This document shows, piece by piece, positions 13,227-23,220 of a stretch of DNA of 64,000 bases. Below the pieces are notes generated by a model. The model searched no databases. It was not told where the DNA came from and worked only from the letters and a program-made list of their open reading frames with translations. Within the stretch, counting starts at the first letter, position 1. Each line of letters begins with the position of its first letter. The stretch is from the NCBI GenBank assembly GCA_965649825.1, contig OZ287706.1, forward strand, positions 876,001-940,000, read 5' to 3'. The position numbers were made by a program, and so were the translations under genes. The DNA comes from Penicillus capitatus. Taxonomy: Eukaryota; Plantae; Chlorophyta.

Positions 13227-13473
13227 TGTCGCCGAGCGATGTGACACTGCCTTGTTTTGTGAGGGTCAACCGTGCGAGGGGGTGCTGCCTGTCTTGTCAA
13301 CGGCGTCTTGGGACGCCTTTCTCTGGCCCTGAGCACGAGCTGACTCACCTTTCTAGAAGGGTTACGTCAGCAGGCGACTATATAATGCAGAACCTGAACG
13401 TTGTTTCGCCTTGCTCCGAACACTGTAACAAGACTTCCGCTGTTATCGTTTAGTTCGGCGCCTCCGCGCGACA
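13227..13473 (+). repeat. 3' LTR of element G
   Basis: Matches 11556-11802. Confidence 0.95.
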
Positions 13474-13571
13474 GTGACCACCGTTGGGATATCCGTATGC
13501 CCAACGGTTCGACGCTGCACAATGTCCATCGTGACTTCCTTCGGAGATTAGACAGAAGATAGGTGGGCCCA

Positions 13572-13898
13572 TGTCGTGTTAAGGCGTAGCGCTCGCGTTA
13601 ATGCGCTCATCTACCTACACTTGTGTCGATCTCCAGGTGACAGGTCGTAGGTTCTCCATACCTTCCCATCCACAAATAGACCCGCGGCTTCTATGTCACA
13701 GATTCCAAGCAGATTCCGGAATCTTCGAAGAATATTCGTTTGTGTTACTTAATATAGGCCCACGACCGTAATGCGACGCTACCCTATAAAAGCGTTGTAG
13801 ATGTACAGATCTTGTCTTTCGTTTGTAAGACTTTACGTTTCAAAGGTTTACGTGCGCCCACCGTTCAAATTGTTTCCATCTAAAAAACATACGCGACA
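13572..13898 (+). repeat. 3' LTR of element A
   Basis: Follows integrase stop and GATAGGTGGGCCCA; ends TGTCG/CGACA; homologous to 55713-56095 and 57596-57700. Confidence 0.85.
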
Positions 13899-13915
13899 CT
13901 AGCTAAGCTGTTTAC

Positions 13916-15007
13916 GTGATGTCGTGCGGCATGGCTTTCCTTAACGTTCTCGGAAAGGAAAGAATTGAACGCTTTGCTTTTGAGGTTGTCAAGGGCCATT
14001 TGACGGATGAAGTGAGAATAAGTTATGCTAGGTGGCTTCCTCGTAAGATAACGTATCCTCCCTTTACGGATTGCTCGTCAAGGTTTTTCGTTTCTCAAGT
14101 GATTCATTTGTGTAACCGGTGGTGTGCTCGGAATGTCAATTTTGGCAAACCGGGACCGGCGTCGAAGTTCGTATGCCGTCGGAAGGGTAGGGACGGAGTG
14201 CTAGTACCACGTACTTGGGCAGATTTTGTCGAAGCGCTCTGCGATGTCGCACAGCGAGGAGCTTTCTCTATCAATCCGGCGGCGACGTTTGAGCACCTTG
14301 CTCTAGCTGTGCTCTGCTTAGTTTACTGGTTGAAAAATAAAGGTGTAAACTTTCATACAGCCAGGCTAGTGAAGCAATTTACTAGTATGCTTTGCCAAGC
14401 TATCGAAGTAGCCCATCCGTATCTGCCTACCGAAGCAAACGAGAACGAAGGTGGCGAGGGAAGTGGGGAGCCGCAGCCGGTCGCCGTGCCGCAGCCGGTC
14501 GACGATGAGGATCCGGTCATCACGGACGAAGTTGGAGACACGATTATGGAAACAGAAAAGGCGACGTCTGGGGGCCGCGGTTCAAGACTCCGTAGTCGGG
14601 ACTTGTCTTACGAACAGGAAATGTCAAGGGGAAGAGAGGCAAAGCGCCGCTACAATCTTCGGAACACGCTGGCTCGAGTGGAACGGATGGCGAAGTTGAA
14701 AGAAGCAGAGGACGCAAAGTGGAAGGCGGACAATGAGGAGGAGGAGGTCACGGACGAAGATGGATACGCGAATATGGAAACAGAAGAGGTGACTTCTGGG
14801 AGTCGCGGTCCTAGACGTAGTCGGAGATTGTTTTACGAAGAGGAAACGTCAAGGGAAAGAGAGGCTAAGCGCCGGTACTGTCTTCGGAACACACAGGCTC
14901 GAGTAGAACGGATGGCGGGGTTGAAAGAAGCAGATGACGGAAAGCGGAAGGTCGACGATGGTGTTGGGAGTTCTTCTAGGGCCTCGCGGAAGAAATCAAG
15001 AAAGTAG
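13916..15007 (+). CDS. Orphan intronless protein with an internal duplication (RRYNLR/RRYCLR repeats)
   Basis: 363-aa ORF; two ~65-aa repeats METE...SRxREAKRRY(N/C)LRNTxARVERMAxLKEA(E/D)D; no family recognised. Confidence 0.6.
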   Translation: MMSCGMAFLNVLGKERIERFAFEVVKGHLTDEVRISYARWLPRKITYPPFTDCSSRFFVSQVIHLCNRWCARNVNFGKPGPASKFVCRRKGRDGVLVPRTWADFVEALCDVAQRGAFSINPAATFEHLALAVLCLVYWLKNKGVNFHTARLVKQFTSMLCQAIEVAHPYLPTEANENEGGEGSGEPQPVAVPQPVDDEDPVITDEVGDTIMETEKATSGGRGSRLRSRDLSYEQEMSRGREAKRRYNLRNTLARVERMAKLKEAEDAKWKADNEEEEVTDEDGYANMETEEVTSGSRGPRRSRRLFYEEETSREREAKRRYCLRNTQARVERMAGLKEADDGKRKVDDGVGSSSRASRKKSRK

Positions 15008-15582
15008 GTGACCGTTGAAGCGGTCTGGCGCGCGGATTAGGCTTCGTCGGAGGTTGTATCGGGCTTTTTCGTGTGGAAGGCGGAACTTTGTCGAGATGGG
15101 CAGGTGAGGAGAGAAGCCAATGTCAAGGGTCGGTACAAGATGATACGGAGTTGGCGATCTAATGCGTTGGTTGGCGATGTGTGTTGACATAGCGAACACG
15201 GATGGCGAAATGCGCGATGAGGCCGAAGCACGACGACTAAGGAATGCGAGATGTGGAGAGCGTGGGTTGGTCGTGGCAAAGAGAACGAGGATTGCTGTGG
15301 GGCCACGTTCCTTGCTTGACCTTGGCGTGCTGACCTAGAGTTCTGCGATCGCCATGGCTCGATGCGCTTTTTTTGCTTTTGTGTGTCTTCGTTGGCAAAG
15401 CGGCCTTTTTCCCGCGCCGAGCTTCCGTTTTTTCCTTTTCGGTGTCTGTCGCAGGCTTGTTGTTTTTTCTTTCTAGTTTCCGTTGTTTGTTCTTTATCGG
15501 TTTTGGTCGCCGTTGCAAACACACTTCCGGTTTTTTGTATAGTTTTCTTTTCCTAAAGAGCCGTGGTCCGTGGCTATCTTGT

Positions 15583-15683
15583 GTCGGTTTCGCCAAGAGC
15601 ATGGCTTCGTAGTCGGTCTGAGGGGGACGTCGGTTTCGCCAAGAGCATGGCTTCGTAGTCGGTCTGAGGGGGACGTCGGTTTC
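15583..15683. repeat. 46-bp tandem repeat, ~2.2 copies
   Basis: GTCGGTTTCGCCAAGAGCATGGCTTCGTAGTCGGTCTGAGGGGGAC at 15583 and 15629. Confidence 0.9.
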
Positions 15684-16105
15684 CATACGGGAGAACAATA
15701 GGAGGTATGGTATGTCGCTCCACCGGGTTCGTCAAAGGTGGTCGGTCAAGTGCGGAGGCGTTGGGGGTTGTCTAGGGGACGAGGGAAAGGTAGCGCGGGC
15801 AGACGGTTAGATCGCCAAGGGACAGGTTTGTGCCGTTTGTCCTGGGATGTCGATGAGACTGGAAAGCGCCCATTCGAGACAAAGTTTCGGCTGTTTTGTT
15901 AGTCAGGGGGCAACGGAAGAGACGTGTTCATCAGTCGAATGGTTGCATGGGTTCGCGACAGGCATGCATTGGATAAAAGTATCGTCCGTGAGGTATTCAG
16001 GCAAGGGTTTTGCGTGTCCTTTGATCAAAAGTTCACTGCCGGGCTTGATGCCGTGGTTTTTTTTTCACTGCCAAGACGAGTTCGATCCGCATAAATCGAA
16101 CTGGC

Positions 16106-16265
16106 TGTTTGCCTGCCTGTTGCCGGGGCCGCATGAGCCCCCCTTGTTTGCCTGCCTGTTGCCGGGGCCGCATGAGCCCCCCTTGTTTGCCTGCCTGTTG
16201 CCGGGGCCGCATGAGCCCCCCTTGTTTGCCTGCCTGTTGCCGGGGCCGCATGAGCCCCCCTTGTT
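16106..16265. repeat. 39-bp perfect tandem repeat, 4 copies, each with a GGGGC/GCCCC stem
   Basis: Unit TGTTTGCCTGCCTGTTGCCGGGGCCGCATGAGCCCCCTT. Confidence 0.92.
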
Positions 16266-16877
16266 GTTATAACCAAGTTAGCCATTGTGTAGTGTCTTTT
16301 GAAAACTTATAAGTTTCCTTCGATTGGTGCGCGTGCAAACGGTTCTCGCTTATCTTTTCGTATGCATACTTGGACTATGAGCTATGCTAAGTAGTTACTT
16401 TTGACTGCGGTTAACTCAATGTCCGCATATCCGTCCGGGGTAGACTCGCGCAGTAATGTTTAGGAGAAACGGCAACTGACGTTCAAACTGCTCCCGAAGA
16501 GGCCGTGCGGATACGGACGGCCTTCCGCAGCAAGTGGAGGGTGTTTTTGGAAGGAAATTTCGCTACTCTCGCGGCTTTTCATCAGGACTCGAAGTGTAGT
16601 TTCCGTGTACATCCGACTGCGGAGTGATTGAAACTGTTGACGATGTCGGCGGCGGCGACGACGGCGTCGGATGACTAGTTAGTTACCTGTTCGCTTGCGA
16701 GAGAAAAATGTTCTCTTCGATAGAGTGGTTCGTGACTCTTGGATACAGTCTAAGAGCAAGGGAACAAAACACGAAATGGAAAGGCGTTAGGATGACGTTC
16801 GCGCCAAACCATGATACTTCATCTGTGTCACGCACTCGCGTGGAGTCACATCATTCTGCCTCGATTCTGAGGGATTC

Positions 16878-18300
16878 TGTCGCCGGACGGGTCGGACGAA
16901 AACAGCAAACAGCGGAAGTCCTTTTACAACTGTTGGAGCAAGGCAAAGTAGCGTTCCGACTATCCGTTTTATACCCCAGAAGCGATGTGACCTGCCTAGG
17001 CAGGTGAGTCATCTTTGCGCCAGAACCAAAGAATAGCGCCCCAGATGACTCAACCTGCAACCCCCCAAGACGTGAACCCATCGGAAACGAGGCAGTCACA
17101 TCGACACGCCAAATCTTGGCGACACCACGCTTCCCGCCAACTCCGACGATCACCCTAGTAATATAACCGCAAATGTTCTGCATGAAATGATCCCACTCTT
17201 CGAGAACTTCCATTTTTCCACACCATCCATAATCTCGAACCCCGCGGCTCCGCAGTTAGGTGAGGACCTGTCCACGACGAATGGAGTGCATGGCGCTTTC
17301 TATGAGGTTCATACGCCAGAATCCATTGTCCTGTCTGTAGCGGCGGCTTGCTCGAATATTTTCGAAGGTATGCTTCCCTGTCCCTCTGTCGCCCAGCCGC
17401 TCTCCTCTGTCGAGCGAGGTGCATGGCCTGCTCCCACTCCATGTCCGTCATCAAGCTGCCGTCACGTCGTCTTCCCCAGCACAATTCCATGGGTGTGAAA
17501 CCCGTGGTCTCGCAAATCCCTTGGTTGAAAATCTCCTCCAACGCATGGATAGAGATGTCCTCGGCAGACTTCCAGAGTATCTTGGCCAATCTTGTCTTCA
17601 CGTTTCCCACCTGTCGCTCTGCTGCACCATTGCACCAAGGTGCGTGACTTGGCGACCACCGTTGCTTGATCCCATGCCCCTCACAGAATGCTCGAACCCC
17701 TCCGCCGATGAATTCAGCTCCTCTATCTGCCATGAACATACGAATATGTCCATGTTTCCATGATAAAGCTTGTTCCCATCGCTTCAATCCTCGCAGGACC
17801 GTTCTTTCCGTGGGAGTCTTAGCCACATGTAAGTGCGTGATGCGACTGAAACCGTCGACCAACACCAGAAGGACTCGTTTTCCTCGCCCTCGACTCAAAG
17901 TAATAGGCCCCAGAAAATCTCCGAAGACAACATCGTTTAGGTGAGTTATCTCCATCCCCGTCCATGGTTCCCGGTGCTCCAAGCCACGAAAATGTTGGCA
18001 ATTGGGACACTGCTCCACATACTGGAACACCTCTTTCCTTGCTCCCGGCCAAACCGGGCCATCCCGTTTCAGATGTTGCCACGTCCTTTCTGCGTGCCAG
18101 TGACCCTGATGTGCCTTTTCCAGACGGCTCCTCACCACGTCAACGAGAGGCCGCTGCTGAAGCATAACTGCTCCTACCATCTTCCCCGCCTTCTGCTGGC
18201 TTTTGCTCCGACTCAGGTAATCCGCCACTTGGTTGATTGTGCCAGGTACATACTCAAACTGTGCTTGAGGGAAGTTTCCCCACAGCCATCCCATGAGTCG
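16878..18300 (-). mobile_element. Ty3/gypsy element B, 3' half only (RNase H end, integrase, PPT, 247-bp 3' LTR at 16878-17124)
   Basis: LTR TGTCGCC...GGCGACA on minus strand; tract CGGAGTTGGCGGGAAGCGTGG directly upstream of it. Confidence 0.92.
17155..18294 (-). CDS. Retroviral-type integrase (intact) with RNase H C-terminus, element B
   Basis: NQVADYLSR; HQGHW...CPNC zinc finger; FGDFLGP, ADRGAEF, AAERQV catalytic DDE; SWTGPH GPY/F-like tail. Confidence 0.92.
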   Translation of the reverse strand: MGWLWGNFPQAQFEYVPGTINQVADYLSRSKSQQKAGKMVGAVMLQQRPLVDVVRSRLEKAHQGHWHAERTWQHLKRDGPVWPGARKEVFQYVEQCPNCQHFRGLEHREPWTGMEITHLNDVVFGDFLGPITLSRGRGKRVLLVLVDGFSRITHLHVAKTPTERTVLRGLKRWEQALSWKHGHIRMFMADRGAEFIGGGVRAFCEGHGIKQRWSPSHAPWCNGAAERQVGNVKTRLAKILWKSAEDISIHALEEIFNQGICETTGFTPMELCWGRRRDGSLMTDMEWEQAMHLARQRRAAGRQRDREAYLRKYSSKPPLQTGQWILAYEPHRKRHALHSSWTGPHLTAEPRGSRLWMVWKNGSSRRVGSFHAEHLRLYY

Positions 18301-21300
18301 AGAACATCAACATTCGCCCCATGATCGATGAGAACCTGTGGAGTTACAGAGCTTGTTAACAGTGGAGCATATCTGAAATATACCGTAACGGTCTGCGCGT
18401 CACCGAGTCCCACGGCTAGAAGAAGCGGAGTGCTTCCATTCTTGTTGGCGGCATTGACATCTGCACCACGATCGATGAGAGCCTATGGAACAGTACGAAT
18501 TAATGGACTGTTGCCGAGGATCGGAGTTCACCGTAGCCATCTCTGGGTGGCCGAGTTTCGCGACTTGATGAAGCGGAGTGAATCCTTCTTTATCAATCGC
18601 ATCGACAAACGCTCCATGATTGAGCAAAGCCTGAGATGATAATATAAACGGATCGGATAAGTCAGGACTGATGTGGAGCTTGCCATAGCGATCTCCGTGT
18701 GGTTATAACGGGATGCTGCCAAGAGTGACGTCCATCCTTCCTTATGAACAGCGTCGACATCGACGTTGTGGTCGATGAGAGCCTAGGCAACGATACGATG
18801 TCAGACAGAAACTCGGAATAGATGAAGAATTCGCCATGGCGATTTCTGTTCGGCCATAGCGCGCGGCAGATAGAAGAGGAGCCCATCCGTCATTGTCGAC
18901 ATGGTTAACATTTGCTCCGTGATCCATCAGCGCCTAAAACAGCACGAATTCCAGGGCGGTCTCAAACTCAATGTACAATCGACCTTGGCGAGTTCTACAT
19001 GTCCGGCATAAGTAGCCATCAATAGTGATGTCCGTCCTGTATTCGACGCAACATTGACGTTTGCCCCGAGATCGATGAGTCTCTGTGAAATGATGCCATA
19101 CATCTTATAGAAGAATAGATATGGGATGGTTAGTTCACCATGGCAATCTCTGTGAAACTAAAGAACGTTGCCAGGTAAAGCAGAGTTGATCCATCGCTCA
19201 AGCGAATGTCTAGATCTGCTCCGTGTTCCATGAGAAGCTAAAAAATGATACGGCAGAAAGATAACAGAGAAACGTGAGAGGCAGCTCACCGTAGCGATCT
19301 CTGTGTAGCCATACCGTGCTGCATGATGAAGTACTGTCCATCTATTCTGTTTGACATGATTGACATCTGCTCCATGCGCCAAGAGAGTCTAAGCAGCTTT
19401 GAAGGCTGCTTTCATGAACGAGGACGACCTGTCGTTTACCTGCAAGATATTGATGTACCGACCATAAGCCGCCCTTTGAAGTAGCGTCTCGCCATTGATC
19501 GCATTGGCATCGACGGCTGCTCCTTGAGAAAGAAGGATCTACCGGTTTGCTCGTTAGGAAAGAGATCGGACAGGGCAGGACATACCTCGACGACTTGCAG
19601 ATGACCTTGCCATGCCGCATCGTGCAAAGGCACGTTTCCATAGTTATCGACGGCATTGACATCGACGCCGCAATCCATAAGAACCTTGACAACGACGCTG
19701 ACAAAAACGCCGAAAGGAAGAGAAATGACATGCTCGCACCTTAACTGTCGCACTCTTTCCTTTGAAAGAGGCGAGATGCAACGCCGTTTTCCCTTGAAAA
19801 TTAGCGACAGAGACACCTGCCCCGTTTTCGATCAGTGCCTGTCCGGAATCTCATTCCTTGTATCGATCTCGATCGAAAGGTGCAAGACATACCGTCACGA
19901 CTGTAGTCTCTCCTCTTTTGGCCGCTTTGTGTAATGGTGTTTCCCCGTGTTTGTCTGTTGCGCTCGCATTTGCATCACGATCCAACAGCCACTGTCAAGA
20001 TGTCCATGACAATCATCGCAGGTGATCGATCGGCCAAACCTTAACGGTTTTTAGATCTCCGTTTCGCGCCGCCACCGACAATGCCGTCCAGCCATCGATG
20101 CTATCCGATCGTTCCTTGTTAGCGTTCTCTTCGACGAGCAGCTACATCGAACATGCAGTGGACGGGAACAGACGCTTCGCCGATCGATGTTCACCTTTGT
20201 AATCTCAAAGCGACCACTGTTCGTTGCCATTAATAGCGGCGTCCATCCCGTATTATCCACACCTTCCACATTCGCTCCCTTTTCGATCAGCACCTGAACA
20301 GACACCTTCGGGATTAAGATTGCCGCTCAGTGCACGCGCCTTCGCAATTCTCAGTTGTCCAGTCTTCGCTGCGATCAGAAGAGGCGTCTGTCCCTCATCG
20401 TCGCGCGCATCCAAATCGGCTCCGTTCTCGGCAAGAAGCTAATGGCCAAGTGATGGGAAGGGTGAAAACGATGGAACGGAGGAGGTACTTCCGCGATCTG
20501 CATTTGTCCACTCTCGGCTGCAATGTGCAAAGCAGTCCACTCGCTGCGATCCCTTGCGTTCACATCAGCACCGGCCTCGATCAGCACCTACTTACTGGAC
20601 AGTCATCGACAAAAAGAGAACTGGAAACTCGAATGCTCGCCTTGGCGACGTCTGACTGTTCCGTTCGCGCTGCTTTGTGTAACGGAGTTTCTCGAATCCG
20701 ATCGGTTGTATTGACATTTGCTCCTCGTTCCACGAGTATCTATCGTTGCCTCGATACCGAACGACGAATCGATCTGGAAGCTCACCTCGACAATCTTTCG
20801 ATGGCCGTTCTTCGACGCTAAGCTCAAAGGCGTCTGTCCATCGATATCGACGACATTCACTTCGGCTTTCGAATTCAGAAGAAACTGCAGAGTGCACAGA
20901 AGTATCGATTTAGCATGTCGAAGAGGATTAGCGAAAGTGATTCGGCTGAGGCGTTTGGTCGGTAAGCCATTTGCGCATTGTCGACGAAAGATTCGCTTCT
21001 TCTGTCATCGACGCACGTTTCGATGGCATTCTTCTCTCGCGAGAAACGATGGAGTGTCACACGACTCGCCTTTGTCGCTGATTGGGATCCGTACGCCGCA
21101 GCGACGTGCAGAGGAGTCAGAAGGTCTCTGTTCTGCCGGCCGATCTCTGCACCGTTCTCGACGAGAATCTGCGAACCAATAGGATGTCGCGCAAACAGAC
21201 ACACAAATCTGGTGGCAGCATCACCTTGGCACTGTCTATCGCATCGAACGCTGCCGCCCAGTGAAGCAATGTCGAGCCCTTGACCAAAGGCGTATGCTTG

Positions 21301-21542
21301 AAGCTTTCATCATAGCAGATGGTATTGGAGGAGATATTCGAATTGAGCAGAGCGATAACGCTCCAGTTTTGATCGTTTTCAAATTCCATCAGCATCTTCT
21401 GCAAACACGATTAACAGTGAGGCTGCGGAACGGTTAATGCATCATCCGACATGACACTGTTCCTGTGGTGCAGACACCTTCTGGGTTCTGAGAGAGGCTG
21501 CAAGTTCCTGTCGACTCTCCTGTTCTAGAGACTGAAGCATCT
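18300..21542 (-). CDS. 5' part of ankyrin-repeat gene (~18 exons, mostly one 33-aa repeat each), last exon cut at ~18300
   Basis: Exons such as VLIEAGADVNARDRSEWTALHIAA, VLIEKGANVEGVDNTGWTPLLMA, ALLNHGAFVDAIDKEGFTPLHQVA at ~150-bp period. Confidence 0.85.
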
Positions 21543-21659
21543 ACACGACAGTACACCGCGATCGAGTTTTGACGCTGGCTGAGATGGAAAGGATGAGAAA
21601 AAGTGCGTATCGCCGTCTCACGCTGAGCTGCCAGGCGATTGCCATTGGCAAGTGTATTT

Positions 21660-22922
21660 ACCTCGGATTCGCTCTTTATCGTTTCCTCGATCCATTTCCA
21701 GTAATCGGCCACACGTGTGTACACCGCAGGCAGTTCTCCATCGCATTCAGGGGATCCGAAGGAGGTAATGCCCACCAGGATATCGTGCTGAGGGCTTCCT
21801 TGCGAAAGACCGTTTTCCGGTCGGTGCGGAATAATCAACGGACCTCCCGAATCTCCTAAAGCACAAACAAATGCGCGGCGCTTTGTAGACACGGTCATCG
21901 GGAGAGATATCTATCCTGTTTACCTCGACAGGTGTCCATGCCGATGCCACCGGCACAGATCATGTGCTCGTCGAGTTCTTCTTCGAGTACGATCTCGCAG
22001 GTGTCTGTGCCGAGGATCGGCAGCTTCGCGGCAAGCTGCAACGTCTTCGCTGCTCGCGTTTTATCAGTAAGGCCCCAACCCATCGCCGCCATGAGATCCC
22101 CAAACTGTAAACGATCGCGAGCTTTGTCGATGAGAGGACGCTCGAGAGGCGCTTTCCTCTCCAAACGCACGAGTCCGATATCGGACCCTTTCTTGAAGTG
22201 TCCCGTCCATTCAGTGGGCCAGTATGCTTTTTTGGACTGGTAGAGCTAAGAAGCGAAAACCCGCGATCGTGCATCGGGTTGCGGACTGGTGCGGCGGCGC
22301 TTACGGTTTCCGGATCGTTTGTGTCGATTTCGTGGATGCCGCATCGAACAAGAGCGTAATGTCCGAGTCCAGTCTGCTCATTATTCCATAGGCAATGCGC
22401 CGCCGTAAGGATCCACTGCTCATCGATAAGGACGCCGCCGCAAGCATGCGTTTCGCTGCCACGCCGCCGTAGACTACACATACATGGGAATCGCTCTCTC
22501 GGTGCCGGACTTCCACCCTGCGCAAAGACACCTAATACACTGCGTAGATACTTTCCTGGCCGTACGGCGATTCTTGCTTCGGCTCTGTTGTCTGAAACGA
22601 AGCTCTTGACGGTACCTGAATGCACAAAGGGATGATGCATTGATTGTGATACTGACTGAGCACTTGCCTGATATGGATTCTGCACTTCTCTATCGGAAGA
22701 GTGCATCGACGTTTACTGAGCGAAGAGCAAATCGAAGCATACCGTGCTTTGCTGAAAGAGAGGGATGGAAGGTGGGTTTTGCAATCCATGCTCTGCGAGG
22801 ACAATGGATTCATCTTCGTCGACGAGACGGGACAGTACGTACGTACCTTGACTGCAGATAGACGGCTTCAGTGCTTGGAGCAGAAACAGAACACACGCGC
22901 AAAGAGACACGCGTGTCATCAT
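21660..22922 (-). CDS. Secreted trypsin-like serine protease zymogen (S1A)
   Basis: Signal peptide; spliced R-IAGG activation site; LTAAHC, SDIGLVRL, MDTCR-GDSGGPL; VYTRVADYWKWI. Confidence 0.9.
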
Positions 22923-23220
22923 CGTACCTAAACTAGACACGCGCAATAAGTGACAGGTGTGATTTCAATAGCCTCTGTAACAATGGAGACAATGGAAGAG
23001 CGTCTGTAGGCCTTCTCTGACATAAGGAATCACTCACCCGAACGGAACTGATGTGCAGCTGTTTGGGAGTTCGCACAATGGAGACAGTGACAGAACCGAG
23101 GACAATTGACAGAGACACACAAAACGTGCAGCGTCAAAACAAATGAATCGACAAACAGTGAATGCACTAAGCACAAGGATCAGCGGTTCATCGTGCCTCT
23201 TGGCGACGGTTGAAGCAGAC

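Larger units (their letters stand above)
11556..13473 (+). mobile_element. Element G: intact 1918-bp LTR element with no pol
   Basis: Two 247-bp LTRs with no differences seen (TGTCGC...GCGACA); TSD GTGAC at 11551-11555 and 13474-13478; PBS-like TGGTTTCGGAGC at 11803; PPT-position tract before 13227. Confidence 0.95.
8631..13562 (+). pseudogene. pol of element A (stop, frameshifts, RT motif YFDG, integrase tail split by G)
   Basis: RT RPTIDFRDIN, LPQGVNVSP, YFDG; RNase H LYTDW, YSDN, VIADLLSR; integrase HHCC, LDFIGP, DNGSAF, VEAFN; tail HRWDIRMPNG...RR resumes after 13478. Confidence 0.9.
8631..13898 (+). mobile_element. Ty3/gypsy LTR retrotransposon A, 5'-truncated and decayed, carrying nested element G
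   Basis: Order dUTPase-like, RT, RNase H, integrase; purine-rich tract then 3' LTR TGTCG...CGACA at 13572-13898. Confidence 0.92.

Noticed and set aside
16106-16265. CRISPR-like array
   Set aside because: Units are contiguous with no spacers, there are no cas genes, and the context is eukaryotic TE DNA
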